From: Bacillota bacterium | Lineage (GTDB): Bacteria > Bacillota > Limnochordia > Darwinibacteriales > Darwinibacteriaceae | Direction of reading: 5' to 3' | Assembly (NCBI GenBank): GCA_012521295.1 | Contig: JAAYMS010000160.1 | Coordinates: forward strand, 20,092 to 84,091 | Length of the DNA: 64,000 nt | Part shown: in pieces, positions 55,795 to 64,000 of the stretch | Position numbering within the stretch: the first letter of the stretch is position 1 | Layout of the letters: each line of letters opens with the position of its first letter | Program-made: the position numbers and the translations under genes | The notes under the pieces: model-generated | What the model was told of the DNA's origin: nothing | Databases searched by the model: none | What the model saw: only the letters and a program-made list of their open reading frames with translations

Positions 55795-57561
55795 ATACCA
55801 CTTGGCTTGTGCGTGATACATCTCAGCGTAGATACCTCCTGAACGAAGGAGTTCTTCATGGGTACCGATGGCAGCAATGCGGCCTTGGTCCATGACAGCA
55901 ATCCTGTCTGCGATACGCGCTGAACCCAACCTATGGGTGACAATTACAGCCGTCTTGTCAGTGGCCATCTCAGCGAACTTGCGATAGATCAAAGTCTCCT
56001 CTAAAGGATCGATTGCAGCTGTCGGTTCATCTAGTACGATCAAGTCGTGGTTGCGGTAGAATCCTCGAGCTATAGCTACGCGCTGCCACTGACCTCCGGA
56101 GAGGTCTACACCATCGAACTCACGCGACAGCATGGTCTCAAAACCTTTGGGGAAGGCCTCAGAGTCTGGTTCTAGATCACCTTTTTGGGCCGCTTCGTGC
56201 AGTAGTTCATTGGATTTCTCCTTCTCAGGTTCGCTGATGGCGATGTTATCACCCAAAGTCATCTGATAACGCTGATACTTTTGGAACACTGCCGAAGTAC
56301 GCCTGAACAGACTGTCAGGTGAAACCTCATTTGTAGGAACACCTCCGAAACGGACTATACCCTCTGTCGGCAGGTAAAGGCCCGTTAAGAGCTTGACCAA
56401 GGTACTCTTTCCCGCTCCGTTGCTTCCTACAATCGCTAACGTTTCACCCGGATAGATCTCTAGATTAATATCTGACACCGCATCCTTCTCTGAATTAGGG
56501 TAGCGGAATGATACCCCTTCCAGGATGATCTTGCCAGGATCCACGGCAACTTCTTTACCGGTTCGCTCTGGGATCTCAAGAAAACGCAGGAAGTTGCGCA
56601 CAGTACCCAAGTTTTGTGTCACCGTACCAATGTGCATACCAACGACTTCCTCGGCCATGGCGAACATCATGTCCACCGATGCGAAAATTGCCGCAAAGGC
56701 ACCCACCGAGATCTCTCCCTGCAAAAGAGCGGCAAACAACATATAGAGAACGCCCATGTACCCAACCAGCGTCAAAACCCTCGTAGCTAGTTCCAAAAGG
56801 CCAGTGCGCAGCTCTGCCTTCCACTTCTTTTCCTGCATGATCTGCAATGTATCTTGATACAGCCTGCGGAAATAGGTGAAAGCCCCAAGAAGGCGCGTTT
56901 CCTTGAAATACTCTCGATGACAAATACACCGCTCATAGTACTCATATTCCCTTCTCAAGGGGGCCGATTCGTCCTCTAATTTGGTGTAGACTCCAGTCCG
57001 GATGAGTTGGGCCAGAGCAACTGGGATAAAGATTATTACGATGCTTAAGGCCAGAGATGGCTTTACCGAGTAGAGATACCAACCCATAAAGAGAAAGTAG
57101 GGTAAATAGGTCGTGAATATGAAGAGTATTACAGCCAGCATATGTAGGCAGCTGCCCATACCTTGATGTGCCTTGTTTATGTCGTCTAGTACGGCGGGGT
57201 CTTCAAAAGCTATAGGATCCAGGCGTGACGCCTTGCGGTATATTTCCTTACTGAGAAAACCCATCATCTTATGACCGAAGATGTTCGTCAAGAAATTATG
57301 TGCTCCATTTAGAATCTGACCGCCGAAGGTTATCCCTGCAACAGCGGCCAGCTGCCAATAGATGGCCGATGGTGTGCCAGCGCCAGTAACTGCCTGATTG
57401 ACAGCATCAAAGAACCGCTGAAATACTAAAGTGTTGAGCCCCCATGACAAGCCGTGGGCAACAGCGAGGACATTTAGCAAAACGAAAAAGCCAGGCAGCG
57501 AGGCCCAAATCAGGCCGTGCAGACGCAAGAGAATTGCCGGTATAGAAAGCTCCTTTTTCAT
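55768..57561 (-). CDS. ABC transporter permease/ATP-binding protein (type I exporter), heterodimer partner 2
   Basis: 597 aa with a six-helix TMD and a C-terminal NBD: Walker A GSNGAGKST, signature LSGGQWQR, Walker B LIVLDEPT. Its start overlaps the upstream paralog by 4 nt. Confidence 0.8.
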   Translation of the reverse strand: MKKELSIPAILLRLHGLIWASLPGFFVLLNVLAVAHGLSWGLNTLVFQRFFDAVNQAVTGAGTPSAIYWQLAAVAGITFGGQILNGAHNFLTNIFGHKMMGFLSKEIYRKASRLDPIAFEDPAVLDDINKAHQGMGSCLHMLAVILFIFTTYLPYFLFMGWYLYSVKPSLALSIVIIFIPVALAQLIRTGVYTKLEDESAPLRREYEYYERCICHREYFKETRLLGAFTYFRRLYQDTLQIMQEKKWKAELRTGLLELATRVLTLVGYMGVLYMLFAALLQGEISVGAFAAIFASVDMMFAMAEEVVGMHIGTVTQNLGTVRNFLRFLEIPERTGKEVAVDPGKIILEGVSFRYPNSEKDAVSDINLEIYPGETLAIVGSNGAGKSTLVKLLTGLYLPTEGIVRFGGVPTNEVSPDSLFRRTSAVFQKYQRYQMTLGDNIAISEPEKEKSNELLHEAAQKGDLEPDSEAFPKGFETMLSREFDGVDLSGGQWQRVAIARGFYRNHDLIVLDEPTAAIDPLEETLIYRKFAEMATDKTAVIVTHRLGSARIADRIAVMDQGRIAAIGTHEELLRSGGIYAEMYHAQAKWYHRESPSAL

Positions 57562-59336
57562 TGATACCAGCTCCTTTGACTATCAAACATTTCCGCATAG
57601 ATTCCCCTATGCTGCATCAGCTCGGCGTGATTGCCCTGTTCGACTATGCGGCCATCGCTCAAGACAAAGATATGGTCGGCAAGTTTGGTCGAACCCAAAC
57701 GATGACTGATAAAGATGGTGGTCTTCCCACTGCTTAGGTCACCAAATTCCTGGTAAAGCCAACTTTCGCTGATTGGATCTAGCGCAGCGGTCGGTTCATC
57801 AAGCATGATCAGTGGGGCAGGGTTAACGAGAGCCCTGGCAAGAGCCACCCGCTGCCACTCACCGCCGGAGAGGTCCTGTCCCCCCTCTTTGATTTTCCCC
57901 AAGGGAGTGTCCAGACCTTGAGGCAGTTTTGCCGCAGCTTCTGCTAAACCTACCTTCTCGAGAGCCCAGTCAATGTTGGGCATGCGGTTTACACTACCAA
58001 GAGCGATGTTATCTCTTAGGGTGATGTAATAACGGGCAAAATCCTGGTAAACCATGTTCACGATAGATTTCAAATCAGCATGCGAATACTCTCTGATATT
58101 CCTGCCGTTTAGAAGGATTTCGCCCTCATACTGGTCGTATAGGCCACAGATGAGTTTTGTGATTGTGGTCTTCCCCGCCCCATTTACGCCCACGAACGCG
58201 TAGTGTTTTCCTGCTTCTATTCTGAAGGACACATCCTTTAAGACCAGGTTATCAGTACCCGGGTACTTAAAGCGTACATTTCTGAACTCCAGTGATTCGA
58301 AGCTAGGCACCTGCGGCGTTGGAGGCAGCTCTGCACCTTGTTCCTCTTCCAGGTGCGAGAACTGCGTTAAATCCTTGAGGTATTCATGATCCTGCGCTAA
58401 GCGGTCAACTCTAGATGTCAACTGCCAGGACATGGTCTGCACCAAACTAAATGCCGCATTGATGAGGGAAATAAACATTCCCACTGAGAGCGCCCCCTGC
58501 AGAACGGGTGGCAGAAGCACAAATACAATCAAGATTGAGATGAGTGCTGTAACCAGACTTCCGGACTTCATGCGCAGATACCACTTGAGGCGTGTCTTGA
58601 GCTCCACCTTTCGGGCTTCTTCGTATACCTCATGAGCCATATCGTTAAGGAAGTCACCATAGCCAAAGAGAGCCCTCTCTTCTGCTGCTTCCCTTCCTGT
58701 AAGAAGCTCGGACAGGTATCCATAGCGCCGGCCGTGCTTGCTTACCTCCCGGCTTGCTTGGTAGGTGGCTTTGCCGCCTTGGACTGCCAAATAGAACAGA
58801 GGAATAGAGAAAGCCATAATAACAAGGGCTGCCCACCAGACCTGCGCCATCAACAACGCCCCAACTCCGCCAACCTGCAGTACTAAGGTCAGGATTCCCA
58901 GCAGGTTGTTAAAGGCCTGTGTAAACTTCTGCTCTGGGCTGCCGGAAACGCGCTGTATCAGATCCCAGGTGTCAGTGTTTTCCACATGGACATACTGCAG
59001 CCGGGCTCTTTTGTCCGTAACCGCTGTACGCAGCGTCCTCTGAAGGGCAAGTTCCATGCGGTTTACAGCAAACTTACTCAATGCATTAGACAGCCAGAGA
59101 TAGGCGATCAGCAGCACGATCCCGAGTATCGCGGTGTAGATGCGTTCTATCGGTTCGTTTCCCGCGGCTATCTCCACGGCAGTATCAATAAATTTTGCGG
59201 TCAGCATGACCTTAAGAGTGGGCGCTAGACCCAAGAGTAGAGTAGACAGCACTAGGAACAGCCCCGCTCCTGGTGCACATTTCATGGGAATACGAACTAA
59301 GTCTGGAAATCCATAGCGGCGTGCTGTTAACACCAT
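57558..59336 (-). CDS. ABC transporter permease/ATP-binding protein (type I exporter), heterodimer partner 1
   Basis: Start set to the ATG at 59336 (RBS GGGAGG). TMD plus an NBD with Walker A GVNGAGKTT, signature LSGGEWQR, Walker B LIMLDEPT. Confidence 0.8.
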   Translation of the reverse strand: MVLTARRYGFPDLVRIPMKCAPGAGLFLVLSTLLLGLAPTLKVMLTAKFIDTAVEIAAGNEPIERIYTAILGIVLLIAYLWLSNALSKFAVNRMELALQRTLRTAVTDKRARLQYVHVENTDTWDLIQRVSGSPEQKFTQAFNNLLGILTLVLQVGGVGALLMAQVWWAALVIMAFSIPLFYLAVQGGKATYQASREVSKHGRRYGYLSELLTGREAAEERALFGYGDFLNDMAHEVYEEARKVELKTRLKWYLRMKSGSLVTALISILIVFVLLPPVLQGALSVGMFISLINAAFSLVQTMSWQLTSRVDRLAQDHEYLKDLTQFSHLEEEQGAELPPTPQVPSFESLEFRNVRFKYPGTDNLVLKDVSFRIEAGKHYAFVGVNGAGKTTITKLICGLYDQYEGEILLNGRNIREYSHADLKSIVNMVYQDFARYYITLRDNIALGSVNRMPNIDWALEKVGLAEAAAKLPQGLDTPLGKIKEGGQDLSGGEWQRVALARALVNPAPLIMLDEPTAALDPISESWLYQEFGDLSSGKTTIFISHRLGSTKLADHIFVLSDGRIVEQGNHAELMQHRGIYAEMFDSQRSWYQ

Positions 59337-59506
59337 CTGTTTCGACCTCCCTTGGTAATAATTTACCAGATCGAGACAAAAATCTGAACCGTCTAAAGTT
59401 TGCTGAGTTCTCAGTCCTAAGTCTGACCTCTGAACCGCTCTTCGCAGCAGGGAATTAGTTGGCAAAGGACAATAGATTCAATAACTAGAGATAGGAGTGG
59501 AAATCT

Positions 59507-60631
59507 GTGGCATATGAACGAGAATATTGGATCACAGTCCTAGAACGTATCGCCCGCCCCGTGCTGGAGCACTTAGCCGCAGGAACCCTATTAGAGAACC
59601 TACCTGCTGCAGGCCCTCGAACTAAGTATGCCAGCCTGGAGGCGACTGCCCGGGTACTGGTAGGTATCGCTCCCTGGTTGGAGCTGGCAACTGATGGACC
59701 TGAAGAGAAACTGCGCCGCGAATTTGCGCATCTCGCCCGTGAAAGCTTACGAATGGGCCTGAACAGCACCTGCCCTGACCGCTTCAACTTCCATGATGGA
59801 GATCAACCTCTAGTGGATGCGGGATTTCTCGCCCATGCTGTGCTGCGGGCACCGAACGAACTACTAGAAAAGCTCGAGCCCTTGCTTCAGACCAAGCTCG
59901 TAGAGGGGTTCATCAGCTCCCGCCAGATTCGTCCTTACTTCTGTAACTGGCTCTTGTTCAGTGCGATGGTTGAAGCCGCGCTTTTCAAGATAACTGGGCA
60001 GTACGATCCCGTCCGCGTTGATTACGCGGTACGCCAACATGAACAATGGTATTTGGGTGACGGGACATATGGTGATGGCCCAGAGCTGCACTGGGACTAT
60101 TACAACAGCTTTGTGATCCAGCCCATGCTGCTCGATGTGATCGAAGTCTTTGCCGATGAATCCACCGAGTGCAAAGCAATGCATGAAAAAGCGGTGCGGC
60201 GTGCCCAGCGCTATGCAGTCATTCAAGAGCGCCTGATTGCCCCCGACGGAAGCTTCCCACCGCTTGGCAGATCTTTGACCTATCGCTTCGGCGCTTTTCA
60301 GCTGCTGGCGCAGATGGCCCTGCGCGATGAGCTCCCATCCCCTTTAACGCCGGCCCAAGTGAGAACGGCGCTGACGGCTGTCATCAGGCGCACGATGGAC
60401 GCGCCCGGCACCTTCGATGATCAGGGCTGGCTGACCATCGGCCTCTGCGGACACCAACCTCAGATCGGCGAACCATACATAACCACAGCCAGCACCTACC
60501 TCTGTACTGCAGGTCTCTTGCCTTTAGGGCTTCCACGAACTCATGAGTTTTGGAGTGCACCACCCGAACCCTTCACAAGCCAAAAGGTTTGGAGCGGCCA
60601 CCAAGATGTGACCGCTGACAAAGCTCTATGA
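59507..60631 (+). CDS. DUF2264 domain-containing protein
   Basis: 374 aa. GTG start with AGGAG 8 nt upstream. The sequence fits the DUF2264 family that accompanies unsaturated-uronate/polysaccharide-lyase loci. Confidence 0.5.
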   Translation: MAYEREYWITVLERIARPVLEHLAAGTLLENLPAAGPRTKYASLEATARVLVGIAPWLELATDGPEEKLRREFAHLARESLRMGLNSTCPDRFNFHDGDQPLVDAGFLAHAVLRAPNELLEKLEPLLQTKLVEGFISSRQIRPYFCNWLLFSAMVEAALFKITGQYDPVRVDYAVRQHEQWYLGDGTYGDGPELHWDYYNSFVIQPMLLDVIEVFADESTECKAMHEKAVRRAQRYAVIQERLIAPDGSFPPLGRSLTYRFGAFQLLAQMALRDELPSPLTPAQVRTALTAVIRRTMDAPGTFDDQGWLTIGLCGHQPQIGEPYITTASTYLCTAGLLPLGLPRTHEFWSAPPEPFTSQKVWSGHQDVTADKAL

Positions 60632-60643
60632 AACAGGAGGAAA

Positions 60644-62506
60644 ATGATGCTGGGCACACTGTGGCAGAAAGCCGGCGTAAAATCTGTCCCCAAACTAACA
60701 AAGGTACCTATAGGAGAGCATGTATCTCCAGAGTTTACAGAGCAACTTCTGATGGCTACAGAAAAATACTGTAGTTTTTCCTGGCCTACGCTGCCGGCAC
60801 TATGGTACCTAGATTTCGTTCGCACCGGTAACCGATCTCGATATGAGGCTGCCTATTTTCAGCGCCGCCAAGCCCTGGCGCTGCTGGTACTGGCAGAATG
60901 GCTGACAGGCGAAGGGGCTTATCTTGATGATATTATCAATGGAGTATGGTGCATCTGCGAGGAATCCAGCTGGGTGCTGCCCGCCCACCACAACTGGTTT
61001 TACAAAGACGGAGCCTTCCATAAGCTGCCTAAGATAGACGAACCAGTAATTGACCTCTTCGCTGCTGAGACAGGAACCCTCTTGGCTTGGACGTGGGCTC
61101 TCGTAGGAAAGCTTCTCGAACAGGCCGTTCCGGAGGTTAATGAACGAATACTGCTGGAACTAAAGCAGCGGATCGTTGAACCCTATATTACCCGAGACGA
61201 CTTCTGGTGGATGGGCCTCAGAGAAACCAGACACACACTAGGCAACTGGGTTCCCTGGACGACAGGCAACTGCCTCCGGGTCGTCTTGATGATAGAGACT
61301 AGCGAAGAACTCCGCACCAAGGCTCTCACAAAGGCACTTGCCAGTCTAGACAAGTATCTATCCATCTATTCTCCCGATGGTGGCTGTGATGAAGGGCCGA
61401 GTTATTGGGGCCGCAGCGCCGGATCACTATTCGAATGCCTAGAGATGCTCTGGGAACTTACCGAGGGAGTGTTCAACCCGTTTTCGGAAGAGCTTGTTCA
61501 GAAGATGGGCCAGTATATGTACAAGGTCCATATTGCCGACGAGTATTTCGTCAACTTCGCTGACGGCAGTGCCAAGGCAGAAGTCGATGGGCCCATTTTA
61601 TTCTCCTATGGTCAAAGCATCAGCGACGAAGCACTTATGGATCTAGGTGCTCAGATGTACAGAATCCAAGGACTAGATGGGCTGCTCGCTCCCCAAACCT
61701 ATTCCCTCGGCCGTATTCTCAGAGCTGCGCTGCTCCATAGAGAAATCACAAATTACAGAGAAACCCGGGCCAGAGCATGCCGCGATCATTGGCTGGAAGA
61801 TCTGCAGGTGGTGACAGTGCGAGAGTCGGTGGAGCCTAGAGAAGGGTTTTTCTTGGCTGCTAAAGGCGGACACAACGGCGAGAACCACAACCACAATGAT
61901 GTGGGCAGCTGTATCGTTTTCTATCAAGGACAGCCGCTCATCATTGACGTAGGTGTTGAGACTTACACAGCCAAGACCTTTTCCGACAAACGTTACGAGA
62001 TCTGGACTATGCAGTCTGGCTACCACAACCTCCCTATTATCAACGGGGTAGAGCAGGCTCCCGGACGCGATTACAAGGCGCGAAAGGTATCCTTCCAAGA
62101 TGCTTCAGACGCTGCCCATATCACTATCGATATAACTGATGCTTACCCCAAGAAGGCCGGTGTTAGAAGCTGGCTGCGCTCTTATGAGCTGCGCCGCGAT
62201 GTTGTCTCGAGGGTCGTTATCGAAGACAACTATGAATTGGCCCACACGGATGAGCTGAAGTTCGTGTTTATGCTGGCACAGAAACCAGAACTCCAGGACG
62301 GCCAAATCGTGCTCAAGGCTGGAACTATACCGCTTGTCATGAAACACAAAGGGGCAGACCTACTGCCCCAGGTTGAAGAAATTCATATTGAGGATGCCCG
62401 CCTACGGCCGGTATGGGGGGAATATCTCTACCGGTTAGTGCTCACAGCACACCAGCCCAAGACCGCCGGACAGGTCCTATTCACTGTTGCTCCACTTCAG
62501 GATTAG
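60644..62506 (+). CDS. Heparinase II/III-like family protein (polysaccharide-lyase-like)
   Basis: 620 aa with an (alpha/alpha)-toroid N-terminal region and a C-terminal beta-sandwich that resemble the heparinase II/III / alginate-lyase-like family. It follows DUF2264 by 12 nt. Confidence 0.55.
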   Translation: MMLGTLWQKAGVKSVPKLTKVPIGEHVSPEFTEQLLMATEKYCSFSWPTLPALWYLDFVRTGNRSRYEAAYFQRRQALALLVLAEWLTGEGAYLDDIINGVWCICEESSWVLPAHHNWFYKDGAFHKLPKIDEPVIDLFAAETGTLLAWTWALVGKLLEQAVPEVNERILLELKQRIVEPYITRDDFWWMGLRETRHTLGNWVPWTTGNCLRVVLMIETSEELRTKALTKALASLDKYLSIYSPDGGCDEGPSYWGRSAGSLFECLEMLWELTEGVFNPFSEELVQKMGQYMYKVHIADEYFVNFADGSAKAEVDGPILFSYGQSISDEALMDLGAQMYRIQGLDGLLAPQTYSLGRILRAALLHREITNYRETRARACRDHWLEDLQVVTVRESVEPREGFFLAAKGGHNGENHNHNDVGSCIVFYQGQPLIIDVGVETYTAKTFSDKRYEIWTMQSGYHNLPIINGVEQAPGRDYKARKVSFQDASDAAHITIDITDAYPKKAGVRSWLRSYELRRDVVSRVVIEDNYELAHTDELKFVFMLAQKPELQDGQIVLKAGTIPLVMKHKGADLLPQVEEIHIEDARLRPVWGEYLYRLVLTAHQPKTAGQVLFTVAPLQD

Positions 62507-63357
62507 CCCTTGAGGCCGGTGAGCGCAATACCTTCCACAAAGTATTTTTGGCAGGCCAAGAATACGATAATAACCGGGATCAAGGAGCATACAGAAGCGG
62601 CCATAATAAGGGAGTATTCGGCACTATACTGAGAAACGAACATTCTGATTCCCAGCTGGATTGTCCGTAGATTTCCTGAATGGAGATAGATTAATGGGCC
62701 CAAGAAATCGTTCCACACAAACACAAAGGTGAAAATCGTGAGGCTCGCTAGAGCTGGCTTAGACAAGGGCAGCATAATCTTCCGGTAGATCCCAAACTCG
62801 CTCAGGCCATCGATGCGAGCCGATTCTACCAACTCATTAGGCACACTGAGATAAAACTGACGCATTAGAAACACCCCAAACGGGCTGAACGCCTGCAGCA
62901 GAATCAGCGCTAAATGGCGGTTTACCAGCCCGAGCCTCCTAAACAGGATGAACTGCGGAATCATGATCACCTGAAAAGGGACGATCAGCGTAGCGATATA
63001 TGCCACGAAGAGGGCGTTCCTCTCAGGAAAGTCAATCTTAGCAAAGGCGTAAGCGGCTAAACTGCACGTTGCCAGCTGGAGCATGGTAATGATTACTGTC
63101 AGCTTGATTGTGTTGAAGTAATAGAGCCCAAAGTCGATCTTGGACCAGATAGTGACATAGTTCTGCCACTGGGGATTCTGGGGAATCCATTCAATGGGGA
63201 ACTTGAACACTTCGATATTGGTTTTCAAAGAAGCAGATAACATCCAAGCAAAAGGCAGCAACATCAAGAATGATGATACCAAAATAGGTATTAGAACTAG
63301 GATGCGGCGTTTAGCCACGATCTGCTCCTCCTTTCTCAGTCGAGGTAGGTGACCCAC
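62503..63357 (-). CDS. Carbohydrate ABC transporter permease (MalG-like, BPD_transp_1)
   Basis: 284 aa, six TM helices, and the EAA-like loop region of binding-protein-dependent permeases. Confidence 0.8.
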   Translation of the reverse strand: MGHLPRLRKEEQIVAKRRILVLIPILVSSFLMLLPFAWMLSASLKTNIEVFKFPIEWIPQNPQWQNYVTIWSKIDFGLYYFNTIKLTVIITMLQLATCSLAAYAFAKIDFPERNALFVAYIATLIVPFQVIMIPQFILFRRLGLVNRHLALILLQAFSPFGVFLMRQFYLSVPNELVESARIDGLSEFGIYRKIMLPLSKPALASLTIFTFVFVWNDFLGPLIYLHSGNLRTIQLGIRMFVSQYSAEYSLIMAASVCSLIPVIIVFLACQKYFVEGIALTGLKG

Positions 63358-64000
63358 TTCTCCTGCAGACGGAACTGGAAAATGGTCACTCCCAGAATCA
63401 TCAAGAAGAAAACCGCCGCCATGGCAGAGGCATAGCCGAAGTTCTGATTAATAAAGGCCTGCATGTAGATGTAGTACACCAACACCATGGTCGCGCGCCC
63501 TGGCCCTCCCTGTGTCATAATGTAAATCTGGTCAAACACCTTGAAAGAATAAATCAGGTTCATGGTGAGTACAAAAAACAAAGTTGGTGTCAAGAGCGGC
63601 AGCGTCACATACCGGAACTTCTGCCACACAGTTGCTCCATCAATGGTGGCTACCTCGTAAAGATGAGGTGGGATGCCCTGGAGGCCTGCTAAAAACATGA
63701 CCATGTAATAACCCGCTGACTTCCACACACTCATGATGATGACAGCGGGCATAGCCCAAGTGGTTGACGCAGTCCAGCGCGGTGGATCTGTGATTCCAAT
63801 CATGCGCAAGAACTGGTTGAGCGGCCCCATATCTGGGTGGTAGAGAAACTGCCACACTACAGCGACTGCAATAGTAGATGCCACATGGGGAAAGAAATGA
63901 ATTGCCCTAAATATCTTGACAGACCGCAGACCTTTATTGAGTGCGAGGGCAAGCATCAGCGATACAACGATGGTCAAGGGTACTGTCAACCCGGTAAAAT
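63336..64000 (-). CDS. Carbohydrate ABC transporter permease (MalF-like); the 5' end lies beyond the window
   Basis: Polytopic permease sequence with an EAA-type motif (IDGATVWQKFRYVTLPLL). The ORF continues upstream past the end of the window. Confidence 0.7.
   Translation of the reverse strand, partial: FTGLTVPLTIVVSLMLALALNKGLRSVKIFRAIHFFPHVASTIAVAVVWQFLYHPDMGPLNQFLRMIGITDPPRWTASTTWAMPAVIIMSVWKSAGYYMVMFLAGLQGIPPHLYEVATIDGATVWQKFRYVTLPLLTPTLFFVLTMNLIYSFKVFDQIYIMTQGGPGRATMVLVYYIYMQAFINQNFGYASAMAAVFFLMILGVTIFQFRLQEKWVTYLD

Overview
This window reads as ordinary chromosome from a moderately GC-rich (~55%) endospore-forming, Firmicutes-like bacterium. Almost every base is coding, and most genes sit on the minus strand in long, tightly packed or overlapping strings. 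I found no rRNA, tRNA, CRISPR array or obvious mobile element.

The modules I recognise are:
- cdaA-cdaR-glmM.
- A class-V aminotransferase.
- Two paralogous ADP-dependent sugar-kinase family genes (ADPGK/ADP-PFK family, which is unusual in a bacterium).
- cwlD, an RsmC-like methyltransferase, a secreted TPR protein, deoC, glpP-glpK, 5-formyl-THF cyclo-ligase and an M16 peptidase pair.
- An AddAB-type helicase-nuclease pair plus a Ski2/HelY-like helicase.
- nifU-like, queG, ltaE, rnhA, a GT4 glycosyltransferase, lemA/TPM, yigZ and tex.
- An nqrBCDEF (Na+-NQR-like) operon that has no nqrA and carries two extra co-transcribed genes.
- A large arabinan/arabinose utilisation locus: two GH51 alpha-L-arabinofuranosidases, a LacI-type regulator, araBDA, a GH127 beta-L-arabinofuranosidase and a sugar ABC transporter.
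- A MerR/TipA-type regulator with a perfect palindrome operator beside a degenerate GIY-YIG-like gene, a LysM protein and a heterodimeric ABC exporter.
- A DUF2264 plus heparinase-II/III-like pair and a second sugar ABC permease pair that runs off the window end.

The observations I rate highest are the two bacterial ADPGK-family paralogs (one translationally coupled to a helicase/nuclease gene string), the NqrA-less NQR operon co-transcribed with a Cys-containing hypothetical and a ferritin-like diiron protein, Cys4 motifs bracketing the nuclease domains of both AddA- and AddB-like subunits, several palindromic operator candidates, and non-lipoprotein signal peptides hinting at a diderm spore-former.

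Coordinates of regulatory motifs are from manual counting and may be off by 1-2 nt.
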